Below the pieces are notes generated by a model that did no database searches, was not told the origin of the DNA, and saw nothing but the letters and a program-made list of their open reading frames with translations. A DNA stretch of 64,000 bases. Source: Schmidtea polychroa. Its lineage: Eukaryota. The stretch covers positions 34,534,001 to 34,598,000 of the forward strand of contig CM097888.1 in the NCBI GenBank assembly GCA_044892525.1. The letters run 5' to 3'. Below, one piece after another: positions 13,508 to 26,171 of the stretch; position 1 is the stretch's first letter; every line of letters starts with the position of its first letter. A program made the position numbers and the translations under genes.

Positions 13508-15386
13508 AAGCTTGGTGTTTTTGTCCAAAAATCGAGTACTCGAGCCCGACCTTTAAAGCTCGACGAGCTTCGAGCCTAAAGTAACGGTTTTTTTGAATTT
13601 AAAGTCCAATGCATTTTCAAAAATTTACATAACAAAATGTTTTAGTATGTGTGTTTACATATTAATTTTTCCAATTTTCTGCTGACTACAAAAGACTAAA
13701 ATTTAAAAGAAACTTAGTGAATTATCAGGTAATTTTAATAAAAATCACAAATGTTAAGTAAATAACTTAATTTCTAATTATTTTTGCATCAATTTTAATA
13801 AAATTTCAAATATTTAACCACCATAATGTCTTCAACAAACGAGAAGGGATCTTGGGTCTGGAAGTATTACATTAAGCAAGTCGTCCACAAAAAAGCAGTC
13901 GGAACAAGATGCACAATTTGTAAAAATGCAAAAGAATGAGTTCCAAACACATCTAAGATGACTCGTCATTTTTCAACAATTCATAGCATTAATATCAAAT
14001 CATCACATCCAGAAAGTGGAATTAAGACTGCCAGTAAAGCTCAACCGTCTTTATGGCCATTTATGAAGCGAAAATCCTTGGAATGTCTCGTCGCTGAACT
14101 TGCAGCTGTTGATGGATTTTCAATCCGAGGAATAACGAACTCGAAGTTCATTCTCGAAGCTTTCATTGCGAAAGGTTATCACTTAACAAAATGTGAAACC
14201 CAGGTTATGGGTCTGGTCCACAAGTTCTACAATCAAGTAAAATCAGCTGCGATAGATCTGATCTCTTCTCATAAAGAAAATGGTTTTAAATTTTCTTTTA
14301 CTCTTGACGAATTGGTCGATGCCACGACTCGGAAATTTCTCAATATCACGCTGATTTGGCTAGGCAGAGGTGTTTTGAATTTGGGATTAGTGCGAATTAT
14401 TGGCAGTTGTACAGTAGAAATATTGTATGAATCTGTTGAAAACCATTTGTTGGCTTTTGGTATCAATCCCACGCACGATATTGTGGCTGCAACGGGTGAT
14501 GGAGCGTCTATTATGTTGAAATTTAGCACATTAAATCCTTCCATCTATCAAGTATGTTTAAATCATGCTTTTCATCTGGGATTCACTTTCTACAAGAAAA
14601 AGGAAAAATTGCGCAACACCAATGAAGCCATTGAAAATCAAACTGAAGTATTTGACGACAACTTTGATGACGATTTTGATTGGGATGATGGGCCGATGAA
14701 GAAATTTTTCTCAACGAAAATATTGATGCGATTCTTGCCTCTGTGCGTAGAATTGTAATTTTGTTTCGGTGTTCGTCACTCAAAACTGATCTGTTGCATA
14801 ATAAAATGCAAGAGATAAATGCTGCCTTTGGCCTTATTGATGTCGATGCAAGAGAAGAAGAATAAACTCAACAAAAGCTACTTAATGAAAAAGTGAAGCT
14901 ACAACTTGATGTCAAAACCAGGTGGAATACCTTCGTTCATATGATCACAATTTTCATCCGATACCTTGACCCTATTAAAGCAGCATTAGGCGATCTTGGT
15001 GATGAAGAAATCTGAACAAACATTTTAAGTACCAGGAATTTTTCTTTCAAATTTGCGGTGCAAATTATCCCATAAGTCATTGGGTGCTTTAGTGTCCCTT
15101 AAATATTATTTCAAAAATCTATTTTTGTAACCTTATCGACCATTTGGTGAAATTAAAAATGATTGAATAAAAAATAATCTCTAATTTGTAGTTTAAAAAA
15201 CTTAAATAATAATATTTTACAATTTATTGCAATTATAACGTGAAAATATAAAATTTAATGTTAAAAATTTTTGGTCAAAAAATTATAAAATTATCATACA
15301 AAGTCAGGCTTGAAAGCTTGACAAAAAGGACCAAGCTCGAGCCGAGCCGAGCCTAAGCCTCAAACACCAAGCTTTCCGAAACTCTA
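13508..15386 (+). mobile_element. hAT element with BED zinc finger, internally deleted, left end damaged
   Basis: Inner inverted repeat AAGCTTGGTGTTT at 13508-20 and 15362-74; right end TTCCGAAACTCTA; (C)GAGC(C) subterminal repeats at both ends. Confidence 0.75.
13826..15015 (+). pseudogene. BED-finger hAT transposase pseudogene
   Basis: ATG 13826 gives WVWKYY..CTICK..(TGA)..TSKMTRHFSTIH (BED finger); FSFTLDE; AATGDGASIM; CLNHAFHL; LQLDVKTRWNT; the dimerisation domain is missing. Confidence 0.85.
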
Positions 15387-16920
15387 TTAATCAGTTATTA
15401 AATTATTTAATGTTATTTGTTAATTATTTGGAAATATTATACAATTTTACCATTTAATTTTAATATTTTTTGTCTTTAAACAATCATAATGTCTTGCAAA
15501 GATACTCGTTTTAACACCATATTCTAAAATTTCATTGAAAAATGTTAACTTCCATAAATGTTTACATGGCCCATTAAAAGGTTATTCACCTCTGAAAGAT
15601 TAATTCACCTCTTCGTAATTTTATTTGTTAACGCGTTGAGGGATAAAGCGGCTATATCAGTTGAACTAACATGAATTTCTATATATTGTGTCTCATTACG
15701 AAAGCGCCCGGGAGCAAGATTTATATTTTGCTTCCCCCAATTTAACTGAAAACAAGAAAGTAGTCAATACTAAAAAATGCATATTATTATGAATCTTAAA
15801 AAGGCAATTTTAAGTTAAATAAATTTTAACTGCTTCAAACACAATACCAACCGCATTTTGCAAAATGACACCTTACAAAATTTGTTAATGGTTAAATCAA
15901 AGTCTATTTTATCAAGTGTTTCCTTCTTTACACTGAAAAGTGCAAGATAATAAAGGCGATTTCGACAGTCTTCAAAATTAATTGTTTAAGTTTACTCCTT
16001 TACTGAAAACGATGACATATACTTCCTTGGTCAACTCCACAGTTCTTTAAAGTTTTGCTTTACATAATCAAAAGTAGAACGACAAAATCTTGGGAAAGTG
16101 TTTCACATTATCGTATTCACCTCCTATATTTGATAACCGTGTATGTATCAGAATTTTTTCCAAACATCGCTAATCATTTTTTTGCTCTACAATTGTTCCT
16201 AAACCAAAAATAAAATGAATCCAAAGCAAACTTCATTATAGATAATTTCGATTAAAGTATAGTGTATCTAAATTTTACAGTACAACTGAATTTATTAATT
16301 ATTGAAAACGTATTCAAATTATTTTTCTGTTCTTCCGCGTCGCTCTCCCCTGGGGTATATTTATAAAAAAATATTTAGGGTTTATTGTTTTACCAAACAA
16401 TATTATAGATTTCATATGTATAATATATCAAGCACAATAGTACGAAAGACCTAACATTTATATAACTTTAATTATACCGACATCATAAATATCAAAGAAA
16501 GTTTTGAAGAAATAATATTTGAGAAATAGTAATAAATACTGAATTTTGAGTTTTCCTTTTCTTCTTCTAAAATTCCAAAAATACGCCACCTTCGACTGTT
16601 CAACTGTTCTTTTCTTTCATACGCATCGACAACATTAGCAAAAATTTTCTNNNNNNNNNNNNNNNNNNNNNNNNNNNNNNNNNNNNNNNNNNNNNNNNNN
16701 NNNNNNNNNNNNNNNNNNNNNNNNNNNNNNNNNNNNNNNNNNNNNNNNNNNNNNNNNNNNNNNNNNNNNNNNNNNNNNNNNNNNNNNNNNTTGTGTTTTG
16801 AGTGTTTTTAAATAATTTTTTTGTATATTGTATGTATTGATTGTTTATTAAATAAAATTTTTTTTTATATATAATTAATAAATTTGTTTAAAATCCTTAA
16901 TTTGTATAGTTATTATATCC

Positions 16921-16959
16921 CACCTGATGATGACAGGAAAACTGTCGAAATATATCGTG
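16921..16959 (+). ncRNA. Minimal type I hammerhead ribozyme (Penelope-like element type, dimer-acting)
   Basis: Stem I CAC/GTG; core CTGATGA (16924-30) plus extra T; stem II GACAG/CTGTC with GAAAA loop; GAAA (16947-50); palindromic ATATAT stem III; AUC cleavage triplet (16954-56). Confidence 0.7.
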
Positions 16960-17716
16960 AAAAGAATGTTTGATTAACGTTATCTTATAATTAAATCAAT
17001 GCCATGTNNNNNNNNNNNNNNNNNNNNNNNNNNNNNNNNNNNNNNNNNNNNNNNNNNNNNNNNNNNNNNNNNNNNNNNNNNNNNNNNNNNNNNNNNNNNN
17101 NNNNNNNNNNNNNNNNNNNNNNNNNNNNNNNNNNNNNNNNNNNNNNNNNNNNNNNNNNNNNNNNNNNNNNNNNNNNNNNNNNNNNNNNNNNNNNNNNNNN
17201 NNNNNNNNNNATTTTAATAATCAATAATTCTTTAAAAAAGATGTACAAATAAATTTCATTTAATTCCATTTTACAACAAAAATAAAGTTAATGATGCATA
17301 AAATTTGAAAAATACAAATTTTCAAATGAAATCGACAAGGAAATATATTCGTTGTTTTAACGAAAAACAACATGTTTTGTGCGTTACCTACAATCGACAT
17401 CGAATTTTTCTCAATTGTAATTTTTATAATTGCATGAAATTTATTTAAAAGATTAATAAATTTGAATCGTTAAAATTTGTTGATTATTTTAATACGTTTA
17501 ATGTCATCGATTAAATTTTCATCACCAGAAAATTTTTACAGACTCCGGTTCATGTTGAAATCGCCTCCAGCACAAATGGATATTGAAATAACTGCTCTGT
17601 TAAAGAAATGTTATTAGCCCTAGGTCATTATGTTAAGTAGTTCAATAAAATCTTCAGACCTGTTATTCAATTGCTAAATAGAACATTTCTTGTTTTAATT
17701 AAATAATAATAATTAA

Positions 17717-17772
<56 letters not shown>
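17717..17772. repeat. (ATT)n microsatellite
   Basis: About 18 ATT units. Confidence 0.95.
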
Positions 17773-17773
<1 letters not shown>

Positions 17774-18195
17774 ATGACATGCTGTAAATTTTAAATTTTA
17801 TTAAATGCTAATTTTTGATTCTAAAATAAGTATTTTTAACCTGCTCTAAAAAATAACTTTTATGTTTAAATTTCATGTCGTACAAATATCCAAGCCTAGT
17901 AAGTTTACTCAATTGTCATTTTTCGTTATACATTGTAAATCAATGTATAACAATACAAAGTAAAGGTTGGTTCACACAGGACTATAAATAGTTCAAAACC
18001 GTAGTTACCTAGATTATTCCTTTTGGTTGATTAATTAAAACCAAAACTGAAAAGTATTTGCTAAAAATAATTTTAAATTTAATATTAGTAATAATAAATT
18101 GCTTAGGATTAAATTAGTATCAAATTTATTATATTTAATTATTGTAAATTAAAGTAACTTTTATTTTCAAATTAATTTTATTTAAAATTAGACCA

Positions 18196-21100
18196 ATGGC
18201 TACTTTTCTCAATATTATACGAGCAGCAGTTCTCCAATATCAAAGGTGAGAATTGGAAGGTTTAATAAAATTTAATAAATTTTTTTAATAAAATTTAGTA
18301 AATAAACAAACAAAATTTCATAGAGTAAAAATAGTAAAATTAAAAAATAATTATGGAAAAAAAATTTTAAATAATTTTCAACTATAATTTGATTCGTCGC
18401 GCTTGTTTATTGGACAGCTATTATTGGCTACATAATTCCGATTTATTTTATTACTGCAGGCCAATTTCTAAGCTACGTTTAACACACACCAACAGCCAAT
18501 CATATTGCTGTTATAGGTCGCCTTTTCCAATTAGTGGTGTGTTTAACGAAGAAACATAAACACACACGCATTTTCCAGTAGCAAATAGCATGTTATTTTG
18601 GGTTGAACAGTTTTTTTTATTTTGACTTAAAAGGCACTTCGGGCATTTTTCTTCATTATCTTCAACATCTCAGAAAATTTAGCCTGGAGCAACAATACAA
18701 CATGGGAGATAGAATAAATTCCATAATTGCACCACAAGAAATCAGTCGACAACTGTATTCCCATCCAGATGATTACCATCATCAATCCAACTATCATTCT
18801 GAATTAAATATTGAAAATGATTCAAGACTTGATGAAGGTTTTTTTGGATCCCGAATTTCCAATAATACCGGCAGTGAAGCTGAAACGAATTGTAAAAGTG
18901 AAGCGACAAATAATTCCAATGATGATCATTCTTTGATCAATGAAAATTCATTACCTGGGAATAAACTTGAAAAATTAGATCAGTTTTCCAGCTATCGAAC
19001 ATCAATTGTTAATAATTTTATATCATCTCTCGGACAATCTGAATTCGGGAGACCATGTCATCTCTTATATGATGTAAGAAACTTTTCCTAAACAAATAAG
19101 AATTTTATTAAATTAAAATCAATAATTTTTATTTATTTAATAATTAATATATATTTATAACTAATTTTGATCGTTTTATTCAGGATCGAAAATTAAATGC
19201 ATTAGGAATGAACAATTCAACTTCGAGTTCGTTTGTATCCAACCCAACTGGATTGATCGGGGCCATGTCGAATTCACCAACAGTTAATCGTTTCAGTCTC
19301 AGTCAACCACATCCAATTTCAAATAATGAGCCCCCTTTTTATCCTCCTCCACACAACATTCAATCATCAATCAACAGTGTAGATTTCGGTAGTCATGCAG
19401 CTGCTGCTTACGCAGTTCACTATCCAAATCCCATTTTTCAACAAGCTTTCGCGTCGACACATCCATCCCATTATTCCGGCTTCCATATGATGACTAGCAG
19501 ACATCATAACGATGCTTTGATGAATTCTGGTCATTATGATTTGCGAGCTGCGGTTGGAATGGGTGATCCTTATTCAACAGGAATGCGAGCTGGAGATTTG
19601 TTGGGCAATTGTGGAGGGCCTGTTGGACTTATGGATACAAATCACATCGACACTACAAATAATGCCGTTGATTTTCAAAATGTAATTGGTATTCATAATT
19701 CTACACAATTAGGAATGTTGACAGACGATGGACATGTTAGTATAATTTTTATTTATATGAATATATAATTATTTTTCCAATTTATAAGTTATATAATAAA
19801 TGAGCGGAGGCAACATTTATAGAGAGAAAATCATTAGTATCTTGTATCAAAATATTTCACCTAATATAAAAATTTTTCTTGATATATTTCGTTTTTTAAA
19901 TTATTATTTTTTCATTTTCTTAATGCTAAATTATGCATAAATTTAGAATTTACCACCTTTTATACTTACGTATTTCTGAAGGTATATTTGAGACACTAAA
20001 TATGCTATTCGATAATTTCTAATTGTTCTCATTTAGGAAAAGTTGTCTACAAATGTGTAAATATTTCAAATTTATTAAGTTATAAAATGAATATTTTTAT
20101 ATTTTTAAATTTCATTTAATTCTCCAAATTGAGTTTCTAGACAATTACGATTTAGGGAAATTTTAAAATTATCCTATTAAATCCAATTAAATCATATTTT
20201 TTAGTAATTAAACCCCTTAAAAATAAAATTAAAAGCAATTTATATTTATAATAAATTTTAATTCATTGACACATGATTTCAAAATAAAAAATATATATGC
20301 ACAAATAAATTTTTAAAAAGCCGATTACTACAAAAGCTATTTGTCACATCTGCGTTAAATCTTTTTTTCTTCGAACGGAATATGTCGAAAATTCTTGTTT
20401 ATTTGTACAGAGGTGAATTTAATTTTTAACAAAAAAGAAACGGTTAACTCGACACTCATGATCGCAAATTGAGAGTGTGAAACTCGTGAGATAGTTGCTG
20501 AAACAAATACCCAATAAACAACATAAACAATTTTGCCAAACAACAAAATTTTAAACTAGCCATTGGTCATGGCTCGAGGCTACTACATGATACACATAAA
20601 AAACATATGTGAGTACTGACCGTTATTTAATTCATTTATACGTAAATATTCGGTTTTAATTATAGTTGAAATTTATATTCAATTTGTGCCCTGTGACAAA
20701 TCTGGAGTTGTTAATTTTGTTTATTTTTTCGTTTAGAACGCCATGGACGATTCGGGATTCATGGGCTCCGATAATCAGATTGTTTATAGAAAAGGTAAAT
20801 TGATAAATTATATTTATAAAAACTAATTTTAATTATGATATGATTAATAATAACTAAAAAAACTTGTGAAAATTTCACAGAATTGTAAAACAGCTGGCAA
20901 AATGCAGGTGGTTTCATATTGATAATGAAATATAATTTTAGGATTCATTTCGAGCATAGGACATANNNNNNNNNNNNNNNNNNNNNNNNNNNNNNNNNNN
21001 NNNNNNNNNNNNNNNNNNNNNNNNNNNNNNNNNNNNNNNNNNNNNNNNNNNNNNNNNNNNNNNNNNNNNNNNNNNNNNNNNNNNNNNNNNNNNNNNNNNN

Positions 21101-23279
21101 NNNNNNNNNNNNNNNNNNNNNNNNNNNNNNNNNNNNNNNNNNNNNNNNNNNNNNNNNNNNNNNNNNNNNNNNNNNNNNNNNNNNNNNNNNNNNNNNNNNN
21201 NNNNNNNNNNNNNNNNNNNNNNNNNNNNNNNNNNNNNNNNNAAAATAGTTAGAAAAATTGTTAAAATTTTAAAACCATCATAGAGACCATTCGGTTATAC
21301 ACAATATTTTTAATGATACAAGTCTCATTAACGAATAAATTTAACAAATAAATGCACCTCTAAGCAACAAAATGTTAGGACTAAAAAGTTTTAAAGTATC
21401 CAATTACCGACTATATCTCTTTATTGAAAGCGGTCATTTAGTCAATTCCTAACCGGTTATAAAGACAACCCACTGAGCTCATGGAAACTGTCGAAACTTT
21501 AATTTTTCATCAAGATAGTAAAAATAAACTTTGAAATTTAATCTGAGTCTGATGTGAAATTTCTCATTTGTGCATGATTTTGAAATGGGAATAAATAATT
21601 AGTCAAAGTTTTTCATCATTAATTATCCAAAATTTGAAATTATGAACGTGATACTACTGATTAATTTATCAGCTAAATTTATACAATTAAAAATTTTACG
21701 GAATTTTCATTTTTTTCGTTTCAGGCATCAAACTAAAATGTGAGAATAAATCTTACAATGGAATAATGAATATGAATGGAGTTCATAAATATTCTGATAT
21801 GTTTTGTTCGGTGCCCGGTCGGTTGTCGTTGTTGAGTTCAACATCAAAATATAAAGTTTCAATTGGAGAAATTCAAAGACGTTTATCGCCTCCAGAATGC
21901 TTAAATGCATCCCTATTAGGAGGAATTTTGCGAAGGTATTGATAGAAAAAGAGAATATTATTTTTTAAATTTATTTGTTTTTAATAGAGCAAAATCAAAA
22001 AATGGTGGAAGATCTTTAAGAGATAAATTAGACAAAATTGGACTTAATCTACCAGCTGGTCGACGAAAAGCGACTGCTGTTACATTGCTCACATCTTTAG
22101 TCGAAGGTGAAGCTGTGAGATTGGCTCGTGACTTCACATATCTATGTGAAAATGAATTTCCCCATCGAGCGTGTGCTGAATATCTTTCGAGAAATATCCA
22201 AGACATTCCCCATGAAACCAAATCCAGGAGACAACAAATTCTATGTACAAAGTAAATTTTCTGTTTAAAAAAATGAAATTTAATTAAATAAGCCAACTCT
22301 ACTACTAGTAAATTAATAAGTAGCGTATCAATTCGATAGTAGTAGTGAACGTAAATTAAATTATGAAAATACGAATCAGGAGATAAATTATCAATCAAAT
22401 ATCATTGAAACGATGCTAGCCATATCAAAGAAACTCTTTAAAAATCTATGATAATTCTTCCAATGTAATTATGCTAGAATCCATTTCTTCCCATTGATTT
22501 GTTTGATTCTAAATTGTTCTGGCTTTCATCTTGAAATATTTGAGTTGGAGAAAATCAAATTATATTCATCTGAACCCAAGGAAAAAATTTCCTCGGTTGT
22601 TTTCTTATTCAAAATTAAATGAATATTAATTAAAAATATGTAGACCGAAAAAAAATAATTATTTATATTATTTACATGTCACTAAAAAATTTTATTATTT
22701 CCAATATTATTTTTTATTTAAAAAATAATATCCAACAACAAAAAACTAAAAGAAAACACGAATTACGGTTTCTATGCATCAGAACCAAATGTTGATTACG
22801 TAATTTGAATATTGTTTGTTTAAAACGTGCTCATAAAAAAATCCCAAAAAATATCACCAACTGGTAATTACGCAATCAATTTAAATGAATGTTTACAAGT
22901 TTTTTTTGTAAACTTTTCCTTTTGATGGTTTAATTTAATTTAACTGGTGGTTTAATTTAGACAACTGCTTGCTGAAATCACAGATTTACTCAACAAGGAT
23001 CGAGCACCGTTATGCAATACGAGACCGCCGATTATACTTGAATCGTCAATGCAAAGACATTTAACAAATTTCAGTCTCATCACTCATGGTTTCGGTTCAC
23101 CGACAGTTGTTGCAGCGGTAAATACCATTCAAGGCATTCTCAACGAAATGATCAAGGTATTCGAAAAAGACAACAATACGATTTCACCGCAGAATAAAAT
23201 TCAAAACAAATCTCAAAATTTAAACAATAACAACAACAGTAATAATAATAATAACAACAATAATAAAGACTCGAAATGA
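18196..23279 (+). CDS. TFAP2: Transcription factor AP-2 (TFAP2 family), spliced
   Basis: Exons (18196-18245 tentative), 18683 or ATG 18702-19073, 19184-19735, 20737-20794, 21725-21935, 21988-22251, 22961-23279; GT-AG introns, phases compatible. Hallmarks: [72 protein letters not shown]; DLLNKDRAP; [12 protein letters not shown]; PY-like PPFYPPPH; poly-Asn C-tail. Confidence 0.96.
18405..18535 (+). promoter_or_regulatory. Cluster of five CCAAT/ATTGG boxes, candidate (internal) AP-2 promoter
   Basis: ATTGG 18409 and 18423; CCAAT 18461, 18496, 18527; locally GC-richer island ~170 bp upstream of ATG 18702. Confidence 0.45.
21725..22251 (+). CDS. TFAP2: AP-2 basic/helix-span-helix exons (52-nt intron 21936-21987)
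   Basis: Manual translation of frames not listed in the ORF track gives the conserved AP-2 DNA-binding domain. Confidence 0.97.
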
Positions 23280-23648
23280 TTTACTTTATTTGCAGAATTA
23301 TAATTCTTGTAATTTATCGATTGTATTATTAATAATAAAGATTCATTTTTGACATTTTTTTTAAAGTTAAAAATTGTGCAAAATCATTCAAGACGTTTTT
23401 AACCAATCAGATTAAGAAAAAATGACAAAAATTAAAAATTTTCAAAATAAATTTGGTCGTATTTTTTAGATTTAAATTAATTTGAATTTAAAAACATAAA
23501 AAAATATCGAAATTGTTCGAAAAATTTTTTTTTATTAATACTGTTTCTTTTTTATTGTTCTATATTTGAGGTTATTTAAGGTTTAAGGAAGTTGTTTAGA
23601 AATATATTGTAATGGTATAAAGTAAAATTTGCAATTATGTAATAATTA

Positions 23649-23710
23649 CAGTCTGAACTCGATTTATAGAACTTACTAGCATTTCGCAAAAGGTTCTATA
23701 AATCAAGGAT
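23649..23710 (+). mobile_element. Solo pogo/Tc2-like terminal repeat
   Basis: TA|CAGTCTGAACTCGATTTATAGAAC...GTTCTATAAATC; partner end not found. Confidence 0.4.
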
Positions 23711-23959
23711 ATTTTTCGAGAGTCGAAAATTTTTTAAAAATACTTATTTTTTTCCAACCTCGTCAATTTTCTGTTGCATTATGAATAAGTAAAAAAAAAT
23801 TTCACAACAACTCACATTGTAAAGCTAATTTTCAAATTTTAAATTGTGTAAATCTTAGAGTTTGTTAAATAATTTCTGAATGTTTCTATTGGCCTCTTGG
23901 AGCACTCAACCGAGTTAACTTGGGTACAAGAAACTGAATTTTATCCATGATCTTCGATT

Positions 23960-25950
23960 TTATTAAAACAACCGAATATATTCACTAGACGGTTTTGCAC
24001 AAATTTTCTTTCAGCAGAGAAAAGTTGTCACAAGTTATTTTGTTTATAAATAAAATAAAGAATAAAAAAGTTAGCGGAAAAACGATCTCTATATATGGCT
24101 TAATTTTTACCGGAATGATGTTATATCACATTTCTTCGTAGCAAACATTTTTTTTAAATATCAATAGGCACTGCGTCTCATTTTCAAAAATCTAACACAA
24201 AGTGTTTTCCAGTTATTTTCATTACGACAATAGATCAAATTTGTGTTACATTGGAAAAAAATTTTAACTATAGAAATAATGAAAATAAAGGTTAAAAAAT
24301 ACAAAAATTGTTTAAAGACGAACAAAGAAAGGATTTTATTGAAAGAGTTTATTTGTTTGGTAAAAAGTGACCAAAATGTCTCAAAAAAACAATTTTGAAT
24401 ATTTTGTCGGTAACAGGGAAAGATGTAGAAGTCATCTCTTACAAACTCATTTTCTAAAAGTTGAAGTTTACTTTTGAAGGTTTTAATTTTGGTACTTATT
24501 AATAATAAATGTGTATATTTTCTTATATACTCAAATTAAGGTTATTAAGTTGCTCGAATGAAATGATGAGTAAAGATGAAAGTAAATGATTTCTCAGAGA
24601 TTCAATTTTTGAACTCAATGATTCGTTTTGATAATATAATAAAAACAGATAAAAAAATAATTGGTTTTTGTTTCATTTCAGGAGTCTATGGGTTTCTTTA
24701 TAATAAAAACTCTTCTTAAACATTTTGGTAAAATTAGATTACTAAGGAAAAATTTGTGTAGTCAAGGGTATAAAAATGAGGATACAAAAATAACGTATAT
24801 AAGAACGTCATATATATAAACTCGAATATCATTTTTGTGTTCTATAGTGCACAAACATTAAAAGTGGTGGCCAATGATGCTGGTAAGTTATATCTGAAAG
24901 AAACTAGTTTCGTTGACTTCTCTTCAGTGACAAATCCACGCCGGGAACATAAGTATAACGGTTAAGTTATCGAATAAAATAAAAGGGGTGAGCCAGATTG
25001 ATAGAGGTCCTTTGCTAACGCGATTGCAAAATTACAAACTTATTAATTAATTAATTAAAATTTTCCAAACGATATCAATCATCTCACTACGAAAACTAAA
25101 TTCTCAATTTTGATAAACGAAATAGTGGCCTGTAAATAGGTGTAAAATATTTAAAGTTTGTTGTGTTTATTCAGATGAAATAATGGAAAACTAATTGATG
25201 CAATCTCAAATGGATGATGTCAATATCGCCGCAACCCTATATAAATGGAGGCAAATTTGACTAAATTTGACAAAAGTGGTAGAAAAATAAATTTAGAAAA
25301 TAAAATTTAAAGAGAACGTCGGGTGATTCAATTCAATCAGAGTTATAAGTGTTTTATATTGAAATATATATTTTGTGGCGATGGTCCAAAGCAATACCTA
25401 TTAATAGAAACAAACTATAAATGTTTTATACAGTGAACAAATTATATTGTTGGTTGTTGAATTGGAAAAGTTATTTTATTGAAAATAAAACTTAATTGTA
25501 TTGCTGTTTTGAATAGGAGATTATATGGGGTAAAATTGTGATTAAGTTCCAGACAAAATTGTTATAAACTTAGCACTTTGACAAAGGGTTTTAGTAATAC
25601 AATTGTATTATATTCCTTTGGAGATACTTTCCAAATTCAAATTAGTAAGTTCGATTTTGTCGTATCCCTTGCTATATGGTACCATAATCTTTTTAAGACA
25701 ATATTAAAAACATGTTACAACTGGAAGTTTTATTGAAGGTTTTCTATACTTTTTGATAGACTTCATTTGGATTGCAAAGAAACTGGGGATACTGTCCAAC
25801 TTTGAGACAAAAGATCAAGTTAAAAAAGTGAGAAAGAAAAAAGAATTTATTTAAATTCATAAAGGAAAAATAGACCAGAGGTGAACAAAAAGAAAAATGA
25901 TTTTATTAATTTAAGAAGTGTTAATATAGATGTCGTATACTATATTTATA
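23960..25950 (+). mobile_element. Highly decayed hAT transposase related to the 24-3302 element
   Basis: Collinear remnants: SQGYKNE (GQGYDNG), IFVFYSAQTLKVVANDAG (FFVPCSAHSLNLVVNDAA), ISKFDFVVSLAIWY (ISSYRYLCSIVIWH), IAKKLGILSNF..KKVRKKK. Confidence 0.6.
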
Positions 25951-26171
25951 TTACTGATTTAATTAATAAATTATTTTATTCTTATCAAAATTTTTAATTA
26001 TATAAAAATTATATAAATCAAAATGATATAATAGTTTCATTTAAATTTCTTTATCTTCATTTAAACAAATAAAATATTAATCAAAATTCTGAAATTTGGA
26101 TAAAAGAAAGTGAAAATAATAATAATTGATGAATGGAGAAGAAAAGGAGATTTTAATATTCAGTTTTTATA

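Noticed and set aside
16500-16650. Minus-strand peptide EQLNSRRWRIFGILEEEKEN resembling an L1-type ORF1 RRM start
   Set aside because: Too short, truncated by an N-gap, and the downstream frame is destroyed; noted only.
21958-22398. 146-aa and 60-aa minus ORFs over AP-2 exons
   Set aside because: Antisense shadows of conserved coding sequence.
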